Shown: one piece after another, positions 1 to 8,929 of the stretch
How positions within the stretch are numbered: position 1 is the first letter of the stretch
How the letters are laid out: the number at the start of each line of letters is the position of its first letter
Source: a virus
Lineage: Duplodnaviria > Heunggongvirae > Uroviricota > Caudoviricetes
Length of the DNA: 64,000 nt
Virus record (IMG/VR): IMGVR_UViG_3300045993_000138
Reading direction: 5' to 3' (one strand)
Notes under the pieces: model-generated
What the model was told of the DNA's origin: nothing
Seen by the model: the letters and a program-made list of their open reading frames with translations, nothing else
The model's database searches: none
Program-made: the position numbers and the translations under genes

Positions 1-24
1 CTCACCAATATGGTATTATAAATC

Positions 25-255
25 ATGAGTTACGAAAACGGTTATCTGCTGGTTGGTTCTGAGAAGTTGAGCGAAGAGTTCAATGCTCTCGGTGACTTCT
101 ACAGTGATTTCTACAAGTCTGTGAATGGTTGCCGTCCCCGTAGCATGGCACTCTGTGCCGATGAATACCATGACCACAAGAGTCTGGAAGAGGCATTCAG
201 CCACCTGCGTAGGCTGGTCGATGGTCTTTCTGATTACGTCAAGAGCGTTAAGTAA
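25..255 (+). CDS. hypothetical protein
   Basis: 76 aa ORF, ATG start, packed against next ORF. Confidence 0.6.
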   Translation: MSYENGYLLVGSEKLSEEFNALGDFYSDFYKSVNGCRPRSMALCADEYHDHKSLEEAFSHLRRLVDGLSDYVKSVK

Positions 256-256
256 A

Positions 257-502
257 ATGAGTTATTTCAACGAATTGGTCATCACTGTCGGTGAAATGAT
301 CGATAGGGGTCTTTCGGATCGTGACATTGCCGAACTGAATCATATCACGCTGGACATGGTGCGTGAGATTCAGGTCGAATGGTACCCGCATCAGGCAGAA
401 ACTTGCGACGATAGCATCGAAGTTGAGATTCTAGCCGATCAGCATTTTCTGCTGGAATGTGAGAATTATGACAATGCCGCAAGTTTCGCAGACTGCGAGT
501 AA
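257..502 (+). CDS. hypothetical acidic protein
   Basis: ATG at 257 within ORF 125..502, 1 nt after upstream stop. Confidence 0.6.
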   Translation: MSYFNELVITVGEMIDRGLSDRDIAELNHITLDMVREIQVEWYPHQAETCDDSIEVEILADQHFLLECENYDNAASFADCE

Positions 503-507
503 GAATC

Positions 508-531
508 AAGGCACTGTAATGGTGCCTTTTT
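508..531 (+). terminator. Rho-independent terminator
   Basis: aaggcac-tgtaatg-gtgcctt hairpin followed by T run. Confidence 0.65.
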
Positions 532-686
532 GATATCCACTGAGTTTACATAATATTTAATAAGTCAAATTGATATGTCAAATAGAGTATCTATTCACGT
601 ATTCTCGTAAGTCATTGATATTATTGAAGTTTCAGCAAAAGTATCTATTCACTGTAAGTATCTGATATTATTAATGTTTTTGATAC

Positions 687-714
687 TTGACTTTCACGAT
701 CCAAATGCTATAAT
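687..714 (+). promoter_or_regulatory. sigma70-type early promoter
   Basis: TTGACT-16-TATAAT with TG extension, preceded by two TAAGT-N2-(T/C)TGAT motifs. Confidence 0.7.
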
Positions 715-740
715 GAATCATAAGGTTAAGGAAATCTTTT

Positions 741-1454
741 ATGTCGATCACGTTCACCCGCAAGCCCTATGATTACAAGCTCTCTTATGAGCAGAATCAG
801 AATGCCGTGCCTGTCACAAAGACCATTGCCGAAGGCAGTGTTCTGTATTGCAATGAGGAATACCGTCGCATCATGAGTGATGAATGGGGTTCGTTCCCGT
901 TTGCGCATTTCGTGGATGACAATGGCATCCTGAGTTCGCAGGAAATCGAGAATTCTGACACGATCACGGTCGATGTTTCGGAAGATGCCTATACCCGCTA
1001 TTACGATGCACAGTATGACTATGCACTGTCCAAGATCACTGCGGACACCGAAGCCGACCTAAAGGTTATCCGTAAGGGTGACACTGCCCATGTCTATAAG
1101 GGTCGCAGTGGCAAGGGTACTATTGGTAAGGTAGTAGTAGTGATCGACGCGAACTACCCCATCAGCCCGTGGAAGAGCATCCATTGCCATAAGTTTGCCA
1201 TTGCTACCAGTGACCGTATGGGTCCGGTGGTTGCCAAGAATGGTAAGACATACAATAACTACCTTGATATCGTATGGGCATATGATCTCAATTGCGAAAA
1301 GATTGGTATTCCCGCGATTGACATGGATGCGGTACAGATTGAGGCGAAGCGTTGTGCATTGCACGCGGTTGCCTCGCTGCGCCATAATGTCAAGGCACAT
1401 GCCGATCAGGCTGCGCGTTTCGGGTATCGTTACGGCAATCAGAAGGCTGCGTGA
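741..1454 (+). CDS. hypothetical early protein
   Basis: 237 aa ORF directly after promoter and RBS (aagga). Confidence 0.8.
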   Translation: MSITFTRKPYDYKLSYEQNQNAVPVTKTIAEGSVLYCNEEYRRIMSDEWGSFPFAHFVDDNGILSSQEIENSDTITVDVSEDAYTRYYDAQYDYALSKITADTEADLKVIRKGDTAHVYKGRSGKGTIGKVVVVIDANYPISPWKSIHCHKFAIATSDRMGPVVAKNGKTYNNYLDIVWAYDLNCEKIGIPAIDMDAVQIEAKRCALHAVASLRHNVKAHADQAARFGYRYGNQKAA

Positions 1455-1455
1455 A

Positions 1456-1557
1456 ATGAGTGATTTTGAGAGAATTGTCACAATCATTGCGTGGATGGTA
1501 ATTGGAGGTCTGGTATGGGCTATCATCAGGGTACTACTAGTGTGGGGTGCCGAGTAG
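1456..1557 (+). CDS. small membrane protein
   Basis: ATG 1456, single hydrophobic segment. Confidence 0.4.
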   Translation: MSDFERIVTIIAWMVIGGLVWAIIRVLLVWGAE

Positions 1558-1721
1558 TACGGGTACCCACCGTGAGACACTAGGAAATAGAGTCTCATAT
1601 ATGTCAATGGGTTCCCATACCGACTTGCCCCACCCCCTAGTAAGCTTCCTAGTAAATTTTTTGTAATCCCAATCCTAAAAAATTCCCCGTAAAAATTTTC
1701 GCAAAAAGGTCTTTTCTAAAA

Positions 1722-1925
1722 ATGAGTCAATATTATTTCTATCAGCATTCAGATGGTACCGAACGTGCCTATGATCCTATCGATCCTACACCCGATAAGC
1801 CAGAGTGGGACAATGTTCCTCGCCTGATGCTCTATCACAATGATTTTCACGGTCCAGTTGTTTTCTGGAATACTACGGAAATGCGTTCTGGTTGGGTTAT
1901 TGGAGTTGGAGTCAGAAATTCATGA
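1722..1925 (+). CDS. hypothetical protein
   Basis: 67 aa ORF overlapping next start. Confidence 0.55.
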   Translation: MSQYYFYQHSDGTERAYDPIDPTPDKPEWDNVPRLMLYHNDFHGPVVFWNTTEMRSGWVIGVGVRNS

Positions 1926-2194
1926 GTGTTACACTGTTTCGTTCTAAGTTTCTGGTTCGCATCATCTATAAGAATGGTGTTTCGGTAGACATGTGGTTTC
2001 GTAAGTTTCATTTTGACCGAAATGTGAATCAGGAAGGTACCAAGGTCACATGGGAATCTACTGGAAATGGCAGTTGTCCTATTGTCATAAATTGTGAAGA
2101 AGTCATGGCAATCTATCAAATGAAGACATGTGTCAATGTGTTCTGGTATATTCCACAGATGGTTATTGAAATAATCAAGTATTTCAGGAAGTAA
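1922..2194 (+). CDS. hypothetical protein
   Basis: ATGA overlap with upstream ORF. Confidence 0.55.
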   Translation: MSVTLFRSKFLVRIIYKNGVSVDMWFRKFHFDRNVNQEGTKVTWESTGNGSCPIVINCEEVMAIYQMKTCVNVFWYIPQMVIEIIKYFRK

Positions 2195-2200
2195 GTTATT

Positions 2201-2383
2201 ATGAAGAGTTTTCTTGTTGTCTATGTGGTTATGCAAATTATTGCTCTGATTGTACGTCTTGGGTTGCTGGCATTTGCCGAATATCCTCGTACTGTCGAAA
2301 CTAACCGTGCCACCGATGTTTTTACATTGATTCTCACTGGCGGGTTTCTGGTGTGGGCAAGTCTTCTTCTGAACAGTCTGTAA
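2201..2383 (+). CDS. small membrane protein
   Basis: two hydrophobic helices. Confidence 0.55.
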   Translation: MKSFLVVYVVMQIIALIVRLGLLAFAEYPRTVETNRATDVFTLILTGGFLVWASLLLNSL

Positions 2384-2398
2384 AAGAGAGTTTCTATC

Positions 2399-2593
2399 AT
2401 GAAAAAGTTCTATCGTGTCACCATCATCGAATCTGAGCGTGGATGGGGTCAACGAGTCGATGAAGTTGTCGAGTTTCCTACTTTGAAGGCAGCAAAGGCA
2501 TTCCAGTTCAAGTATAACGAACAGAACAAGGAAACTCGCGTTCCTGACTGGTATATGTACGCACAGGATCCTATCGAGGTTGTTGGAGAATAA
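2399..2593 (+). CDS. hypothetical protein
   Basis: 64 aa ORF in tightly packed run. Confidence 0.6.
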   Translation: MKKFYRVTIIESERGWGQRVDEVVEFPTLKAAKAFQFKYNEQNKETRVPDWYMYAQDPIEVVGE

Positions 2594-2595
2594 TT

Positions 2596-2775
2596 ATGAA
2601 ACTGTATCAACTAGTTCTGTTTTTTGTACTGTTATTTGTATTCATCGTTTTGATGTCATACGAAGGTATCAAGGGAACTCATGCGATAATCGCGGAATGC
2701 GAAGCAAAGGGTGGTATTTCGGTTCATTCTCAGGGTTATGGTTATATTTGTGTTCGTAAGGATGCCATTCTGTGA
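2596..2775 (+). CDS. small membrane protein
   Basis: 59 aa ORF read from sequence (MKLYQLVLF...), N-terminal TM helix. Confidence 0.5.
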   Translation: MKLYQLVLFFVLLFVFIVLMSYEGIKGTHAIIAECEAKGGISVHSQGYGYICVRKDAIL

Positions 2776-2926
2776 AGACTTGGTTTATTGAATGGGCACG
2801 TAAGCCTTCGAATGTATTGAACACAATTTCGTTCATGGCTATCTTCACTGTGGGTTATTTCGTTTCTTGGTGGGTTTTTGTTCCGATGTTTGCATTTCTT
2901 ATTATTTCAATGATACTATGGTCACT

Positions 2927-3124
2927 ATGATGTATTTTCTACTCTATTGTCTCTATGCCTTTGGTCAGGCAATTTTTACCGAACGTGTTCTTGAAGAGAA
3001 CCCGAAAGATCGTGATGCCGGTGCCGTTCTGTGCATGGCATTGACGGCACCAATGGTGACTGTCATATTACTGATGGCATTATTTGTGTTTTCGCTCGAT
3101 ATGGCACTTGGAAAGAAGGAATAA
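2927..3124 (+). CDS. small membrane protein
   Basis: ATG 2927 in ORF 2867..3124, hydrophobic. Confidence 0.5.
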   Translation: MMYFLLYCLYAFGQAIFTERVLEENPKDRDAGAVLCMALTAPMVTVILLMALFVFSLDMALGKKE

Positions 3125-3450
3125 GATAACATGAATGTCAAGTGTGTTAATTGCGGCAAGTCAATGAGAGCAAGTACTGGAATTTTCCAGATTTGTAATC
3201 GATGCTCAAATGCCGGTAGGCTGCTCACCAACATTCTTCAAAAGGGTGTCGAATTGAAGTATGCCGATGGAACAAAAGAAACCGTGAGGATCAAGTGAAA
3301 TGAGTAATAGTGAACCGAGTCTTGAAGCAAAGGTCATGGCATTTGTCATGTTTGGATATACTAGCAAGCAGATTGCAAAGTTCGTGAAGGTTTCCGTGAA
3401 GGAAATCGAATTGATCATTGCCAAGTTGGAAACAGAGGGGCTTTCGGCAA

Positions 3451-3645
3451 ATGAGTAATTATCTATTACATTTTATGTTCAATTTCACAGCATTCGTCTT
3501 TGGTTCTGGCGCTACTTGGATTCTTTGGAACGATCCAACCTGTCGTGTGATTCCCAAGTTCTTTCGATATTTCATGGCAACCGTGACAGTAGGGAATGGA
3601 GTCTTTGCACTTCTGTACGGTATTGTTCTGGTGGCAGGAAAGTAA
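3451..3645 (+). CDS. small membrane protein
   Basis: ATG 3451, two TM helices. Confidence 0.5.
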   Translation: MSNYLLHFMFNFTAFVFGSGATWILWNDPTCRVIPKFFRYFMATVTVGNGVFALLYGIVLVAGK

Positions 3646-3646
3646 G

Positions 3647-3913
3647 ATGGATAACCGTGAATACATTCCAGATGTAGTTGGATTTTGGAGACGTAATCCG
3701 AACTACACGGGCAACAAGTTTCCAGTAGTATTCAAGCCCTATCCAGTGCGTCTTCTTAGAGATGTCAAGGCTGATCGAAAACATCGAAAGGGCGAGAGTG
3801 CTTGGGTTCAGCGACTGCCTTCGAATCGTCTGTATTTGTTCGAAACTGAAATGAGCATTCTAGTGATTCTGATGGATGCCGTTGAAGGTGTGGATTTTGA
3901 GGTTTTGTCATGA
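3647..3913 (+). CDS. hypothetical protein
   Basis: ATG 3647 just after upstream stop. Confidence 0.55.
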   Translation: MDNREYIPDVVGFWRRNPNYTGNKFPVVFKPYPVRLLRDVKADRKHRKGESAWVQRLPSNRLYLFETEMSILVILMDAVEGVDFEVLS

Positions 3914-4095
3914 AAGAAGAATTCATCAATAATTACGTCGCAACGTTTTTGGCATCCTATTCGGCAGCTACGTATGACGAGAATTGCATGGGAGGTTGGG
4001 AACGTAGTCCTAAGCCTCCCGTAGAAGATGCCTACTATCTTGCCAAAGAGGCATGGGAAGCATTGAAGAAGCACAAAGAGGATCAGAAACTATGA
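3910..4095 (+). CDS. hypothetical protein
   Basis: ATGA coupling with neighbours. Confidence 0.6.
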   Translation: MKEEFINNYVATFLASYSAATYDENCMGGWERSPKPPVEDAYYLAKEAWEALKKHKEDQKL

Positions 4096-4472
4096 CTTAT
4101 AATGTATATGATTTGACGGAAGAAGATGAAGGGTATTCTGATAGCTACGAACGCCTGATGCTAGGACACAATGGAACGGCATCACTTTTGGTTGAAGTGC
4201 GAAAACGTTTCTCTGAAACAGATTTCATTTTCCATGTGATCAATGGAGCATGGGATGGTCGATATGTCGATGGCAGAATCTTTCTGGATATTGATGTCAG
4301 AGTTCGTGAAATGGATCCCGTCACCTACGTCCTACAGGAAAATGCCGAGTATATTGATGGATATGAAATCGTTTCTGACGACCAGAAACTCCTGAGAGTC
4401 GGTGATAGTTACTATCGTTCACAGGACTATAACGATATCTTCAATGATTATGAAAAGAGTCGAGTGAAGTAA
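4092..4472 (+). CDS. hypothetical protein
   Basis: ATG 4092 overlapping upstream stop. Confidence 0.65.
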   Translation: MTYNVYDLTEEDEGYSDSYERLMLGHNGTASLLVEVRKRFSETDFIFHVINGAWDGRYVDGRIFLDIDVRVREMDPVTYVLQENAEYIDGYEIVSDDQKLLRVGDSYYRSQDYNDIFNDYEKSRVK

Positions 4473-4488
4473 AATGGGAGGTTTAATT

Positions 4489-4716
4489 ATGAGTGGAATT
4501 ACATATCTGACAACTTCGCATTGGCGCACTGCCCTGAATATCGGACATATGCGAGCATTTGATGATGAACTTTCGGCAGTCGAATACGCAATCCAACTGG
4601 TGGAAGATGGAGAATTCGAAGGGCGAATTTATGCTCTTTCAGAAAGCAACAAGCCCAAGTTGATTGGACAGTATCGCGAGAATGATAGAACTGGTCAAAT
4701 AGAGAGGATCAAGTAA
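4489..4716 (+). CDS. hypothetical protein
   Basis: GGAGG RBS then ATG 4489. Confidence 0.6.
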   Translation: MSGITYLTTSHWRTALNIGHMRAFDDELSAVEYAIQLVEDGEFEGRIYALSESNKPKLIGQYRENDRTGQIERIK

Positions 4717-5067
4717 ATGAGTTGGGAAGAATATCAAAAACTTTCTCTTTCAAAGAAAGTCAGAACAATCACCGTTCTTGAAATTGAGTATGCTCCGGGT
4801 TATAAGAAGACTTATCGAAAGCTAGGAGTAGCGGTAAATAACATTGTTACTCATATGGTCAATAAGCAAGCAAACAAGATGCGAGATCTGGATGCCGCTA
4901 TTCCTATTTCACCAGAATATCAAAATAGAATGGATCGTTTTGGTGCGTATATGGTTCCTGCTCCGACTCCAAATCTGACTAAGTTCTACAAGGAACGCAA
5001 GAAGTCATATGAAAAGCGTGCGAAGCGTAGAATCACCAGAGTTGTCAAGAAGATGATGGGAGTATGA
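4717..5067 (+). CDS. hypothetical basic protein
   Basis: 116 aa, K/R-rich C-terminus. Confidence 0.6.
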   Translation: MSWEEYQKLSLSKKVRTITVLEIEYAPGYKKTYRKLGVAVNNIVTHMVNKQANKMRDLDAAIPISPEYQNRMDRFGAYMVPAPTPNLTKFYKERKKSYEKRAKRRITRVVKKMMGV

Positions 5068-5068
5068 C

Positions 5069-5368
5069 ATGAAGATTGACGAATGGTGTAATAGTGGAAT
5101 TCCAAAGGGCGAAATGGTCATCATTGCATCTGGAACTAATGTGGGGAGAAGTATGGTGAGTTATTATGGAAATGCGTCGATGCGTCTGTTCGATTGGGTA
5201 GCAGCCAATCCTCCTGCCTATGACAAGTTCATGCGCGATTGGTCTGTGACTGATTCTGGTCAGTTCACTCTGCTACAGTATCTCGGACACTATTCTTATC
5301 GTCAGGATATTCTGGAACGTCTGCGTGATGCTCTAGGTGCTCCTGCCGATCTATTTGAGGGTTGCTAA
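5069..5368 (+). CDS. hypothetical protein
   Basis: 99 aa ORF in packed run. Confidence 0.55.
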   Translation: MKIDEWCNSGIPKGEMVIIASGTNVGRSMVSYYGNASMRLFDWVAANPPAYDKFMRDWSVTDSGQFTLLQYLGHYSYRQDILERLRDALGAPADLFEGC

Positions 5369-5369
5369 A

Positions 5370-5699
5370 ATGAGTAATTGGATTCTTGGTCTTTTTTTAC
5401 TTTTGGTCATTGTTCCATCTAGTTTATCATTAGGAGCATTCATTGGTCTTGCGGCTGCTAAATTTGTATGGAGATCGTATCGCACCAGTCTATGGAGAGT
5501 CATGACGTTCAGGTGGAAGCCAGAAGTTGGTGAGAAGTGGGCTTGTGTGGTTGATGATCCTTGGAGTGACATGGGACATCATGCGGTCATTGTAGAATTA
5601 AAGGATGGTTGGGTTCTTTATGATAAGCCCGATTGCCGATGGGAAAAAAGAGATTCACTGGAACTCGATACATTCATCAGTCTATACAAGAGAGCCTAA
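5370..5699 (+). CDS. hypothetical membrane-anchored protein
   Basis: ATG 5370, N-terminal TM helix. Confidence 0.6.
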   Translation: MSNWILGLFLLLVIVPSSLSLGAFIGLAAAKFVWRSYRTSLWRVMTFRWKPEVGEKWACVVDDPWSDMGHHAVIVELKDGWVLYDKPDCRWEKRDSLELDTFISLYKRA

Positions 5700-5741
5700 G
5701 AGTCGCCATTTCGCGACATATAAGTAAAGGAGTGTCCCTCT

Positions 5742-5948
5742 ATGGAAAATACTCACATGGTTAACAAAGATCTTTTTGAAGTCTACATTCCTGCCGCTGA
5801 TCGTGTCATGGGTGCCTATCGCAATTTTACAGAAGCACTCAATCTTACGAAAACAATGTTCTGTGAAGTTCATATTCGTAAGAATTTGGAACTGGAATGT
5901 ATCGTCCATGCCAGAAACAATCCGGCACTTGATATTAAGAAAGAATGA
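5742..5948 (+). CDS. hypothetical protein
   Basis: aaggag RBS, 68 aa. Confidence 0.55.
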   Translation: MENTHMVNKDLFEVYIPAADRVMGAYRNFTEALNLTKTMFCEVHIRKNLELECIVHARNNPALDIKKE

Positions 5949-6111
5949 TGGTATAATGTAGTCTATTGTTATGGAGTTTTGAATATGCGAATCGATGGAA
6001 CTAGTTTTATACTAGGTTGTGCATTCACAGCATTCTGGTGCGGCAATCCTGTCATGGCATGTGCATTTTTGGCTGGTCTGTGGATTTCTAGGTTCTGGTG
6101 AGGAATATCAA

Positions 6112-6318
6112 ATGTTTCGTAATTTAAATTTACATGTTCGAACGAGTATCATCCTTCTAGGATTTGCTGCTGGAGTAACACTCACAGTTTTCATATTGAG
6201 ATTCCATCCTATGATTTTTGTTTATTTTATCATGGCTTGTCTCGCAATCATCTTATACAATACAATTTACACTACATTAAAGATTCACGATGGTGATGAT
6301 TTTGACGATTACCCGTAA
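6112..6318 (+). CDS. small membrane protein
   Basis: gagga RBS then ATG 6112, two TM helices. Confidence 0.55.
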   Translation: MFRNLNLHVRTSIILLGFAAGVTLTVFILRFHPMIFVYFIMACLAIILYNTIYTTLKIHDGDDFDDYP

Positions 6319-6571
6319 GAAACTTGCTATCGTTTCACCTTGCATGATTGTGAACGAAAGACGATATACGAATGCTAATCATGCGGCATGGGAAATTGCA
6401 GAGTTGATAAAGATTCGACTGCGACGCAGATGGGAAAATAAGATTGGAAGAAATCCAAATGATATTTCGTGGATAGTCCTCAGACTCCACCTTGCCGAAG
6501 ATCGTGCATTTCGCAGAGTTCTTCCCATTTGTGAAAAAGTATTAGGAGAGAATTTAAATGAGTTTCTATGA
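6290..6571 (+). CDS. hypothetical protein
   Basis: 93 aa ORF; true start uncertain. Confidence 0.5.
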   Translation: MVMILTITRKKLAIVSPCMIVNERRYTNANHAAWEIAELIKIRLRRRWENKIGRNPNDISWIVLRLHLAEDRAFRRVLPICEKVLGENLNEFL

Positions 6572-6710
6572 AAAGATATGTCTCGGACTAGTATTCGGCA
6601 GTTCACTGATAGTCATAACTTGTTGCGTCCTTGATCTGATCTATAATATCTGGAAAGGCGATTAATTTACACGCATAAGTATAAGAGATACTTATTTCTG
6701 GAGATCATGG

Positions 6711-6956
6711 ATGATGGATTCTAACAACGAGGTTCAGATGGAACATACATCATACTTTGACAGAATTAAGCATTTCTTTCTAAGTACAATCCACTTGATT
6801 CATGAGGATAAGAAACGTTCATATCAGGGTGGTCACTATAAGACTCGCATTATGCACGATCCGCGCACAGATGTTACTGTCGAGGAAATTGAGTTATTCT
6901 GTAACACTCTAAAATTTGATTCTATCGTAGATAGTACTAAAAAGAATAAGGAATAG
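6711..6956 (+). CDS. hypothetical protein
   Basis: ggag RBS, 81 aa. Confidence 0.55.
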   Translation: MMDSNNEVQMEHTSYFDRIKHFFLSTIHLIHEDKKRSYQGGHYKTRIMHDPRTDVTVEEIELFCNTLKFDSIVDSTKKNKE

Positions 6957-6958
6957 CA

Positions 6959-7153
6959 ATGAAGTTATACTCTGTGAACTACGGTGCTGAAATCATTCTA
7001 AATGCCAACAACCACTGGAAATCAATGAGAGTTACTACTCCACTAATATTCGAAGAACACCAGTATCAATCAGAAGATGATCATAAGATCACATTCAAAT
7101 ACAACAATCAGACCATTCACATTGACCATCAGGATGTAAAATTATTCGCATGA
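6959..7153 (+). CDS. hypothetical protein
   Basis: 64 aa, aagga RBS. Confidence 0.55.
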   Translation: MKLYSVNYGAEIILNANNHWKSMRVTTPLIFEEHQYQSEDDHKITFKYNNQTIHIDHQDVKLFA

Positions 7154-7255
7154 AATGTCCAGTTACACACACCAAATGTTGGATGTCCTGTAAAAACAAG
7201 TGCAAGAAGACACCACCCCCTTCTAAGTGATTGATTTATATAGATTATTGGCAGT

Positions 7256-7285
7256 TTGACTTAGATCATGAAAAAATGCTATAAT
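7256..7285 (+). promoter_or_regulatory. sigma70-type promoter
   Basis: TTGACT-18-TATAAT with TG extension; TAAGTGATTGAT motif at 7224. Confidence 0.65.
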
Positions 7286-7291
7286 AATCAT

Positions 7292-7684
7292 ATGATTAAA
7301 TCTGACTACATTTTCGGTCTGTTGGAAAAGGTCGCTCTGTCCAGCGACCACGAACGTTATTTTCTGGCTGCGGCAATCACGCTGCGAAATAGCATCATTT
7401 CATTTGGTGTCAATCGAATGAAGACTGATCCGATGCAAGCCAAGTATGCGAAGAATAAGGACTGCATCTACATGCACGCTGAAATTCACGCTATCAAGAA
7501 TGCTCTCAAGAAGGTTGAAGTAGATGATCTGCGTAAGGCAGATCTTTACGTTTTGCGCGTCCGTAATGAAGATGGTAAGCGTGCAATGGCAAAGCCTTGT
7601 GATGGCTGTATGCGAGCGATTGCCGAGTTCGGTATTCGCAATGTCTATTTTACAAATGAGCGTGGAAACGCGGAGGTTATTTAA
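7292..7684 (+). CDS. zinc-dependent cytidine/deoxycytidylate deaminase family protein
   Basis: HAE(IHAIKN) and KPCDGC motifs; ATG 7292 after promoter. Confidence 0.8.
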   Translation: MIKSDYIFGLLEKVALSSDHERYFLAAAITLRNSIISFGVNRMKTDPMQAKYAKNKDCIYMHAEIHAIKNALKKVEVDDLRKADLYVLRVRNEDGKRAMAKPCDGCMRAIAEFGIRNVYFTNERGNAEVI

Positions 7685-7930
7685 ATGAATGAAAAGAAGT
7701 GTCCTAAGACCGCACGAAAGTGTGAGCGTCATTGTTCTAGTACGTGTCGTCGCAGTGACGATGAACTATTCTCAAAGTCTTCTGTAGTAGAAGACAATTC
7801 ATTTTTCAACAACAGCACATGGACTTCATCTGATGATGGGTTCACTGACACTTCCAGCGACGACAAGAGTGATTCGTTTTCTGGTGGTGGTGGCGACTTC
7901 TCTGGTGGCGGTTCAGATTCAAGTTGGTAA
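7685..7930 (+). CDS. hypothetical Ser/Gly-rich protein
   Basis: Cys-rich N-terminus, C-terminal GGGGDFSGGGSDSSW tail. Confidence 0.6.
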   Translation: MNEKKCPKTARKCERHCSSTCRRSDDELFSKSSVVEDNSFFNNSTWTSSDDGFTDTSSDDKSDSFSGGGGDFSGGGSDSSW

Positions 7931-7968
7931 AAGCCCAATAAATACTCTTAGGTCACAGGAGTATTTCA

Positions 7969-8328
7969 ATGTATAAGAAATTAATAGTTGTTGGGTTTAT
8001 GCTAGTCAGTTTATTGGCTAGCTGCGGTAAGTCGCCAAGCAGTGTAGGCGGGGATGGTTATTACTTCGAAAAGGAAACACTTACCAGAACAGATCTTGCT
8101 TTGCATGTTGTTCTTGTAAAAGATCAGGCTGAAATGACTCAGCTTCTAAAGGAACACGGAAGACAGCCAGTTGCCGGAAATGAAGTAGCCGCATTCTCCA
8201 CATATTCACCAGTTGAGCCACGATGCACGATTTATATGATAGATCCTAAGTTGAGTTATCAGCCAGAATTTATCGGACACGAACTTGTCCATTGTGTATA
8301 CGGAAACTGGCATACAGTCCAACCATAA
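7969..8328 (+). CDS. putative lipoprotein with HExxH motif
   Basis: lipobox LLASC; GHELVHC motif. Confidence 0.65.
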   Translation: MYKKLIVVGFMLVSLLASCGKSPSSVGGDGYYFEKETLTRTDLALHVVLVKDQAEMTQLLKEHGRQPVAGNEVAAFSTYSPVEPRCTIYMIDPKLSYQPEFIGHELVHCVYGNWHTVQP

Positions 8329-8336
8329 GGAATATC

Positions 8337-8918
8337 ATGGAACATTTTTATAATGCACCCCATATGGGTGAAGATTATTTTACATATGCCGCTCTGTACG
8401 AAGCTGCCGTAGAGAATTTTCCTTCTGGAAGTCATTTTGTCGAAATAGGTGCATACAAAGGAAGATCGTCCTCATATCTGGCAGTTGAAATCGTCAATTC
8501 AGGAAAGAATATCAAACTAGACTGTATTGATTCTTGGGATAACGAAGATTTCAAAAGATACTGGAATTCTCAGGAAGAAGGTCTTGGTGATGGTGTCTAT
8601 AAAAACTTCGTAAGAAACATCAGTCCAGTAAGAGATAGAATCAACGTCATCAAAGGTAACTCTTGGGAAACTGCGAATTTATATAAGGACAATTCTCTTG
8701 ACTTCGTTTTCATCGATGCGGATCATGAATATGACAGTGTGTATAAAGATATAAACGCATGGTTGCCGAAAGTGAAAAAGGGTGGATTACTGTCTGGTCA
8801 TGATTACTACTATGATGGTGCGTATTGGGTTGGTGTACGTGATGCATGTGATCAAATTTTCGGTAAAGGAAATTACTCAGACCCTTGGGGCTGTAAGTGT
8901 TGGGTTAAATACCTGTAA
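8337..8918 (+). CDS. class I SAM-dependent methyltransferase (Methyltransf_24-like)
   Basis: VEIGAYKGRSS, DFVFIDADHEY, GGLLSGHDY motifs. Confidence 0.85.
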   Translation: MEHFYNAPHMGEDYFTYAALYEAAVENFPSGSHFVEIGAYKGRSSSYLAVEIVNSGKNIKLDCIDSWDNEDFKRYWNSQEEGLGDGVYKNFVRNISPVRDRINVIKGNSWETANLYKDNSLDFVFIDADHEYDSVYKDINAWLPKVKKGGLLSGHDYYYDGAYWVGVRDACDQIFGKGNYSDPWGCKCWVKYL

Positions 8919-8929
8919 GTGTAATCATT

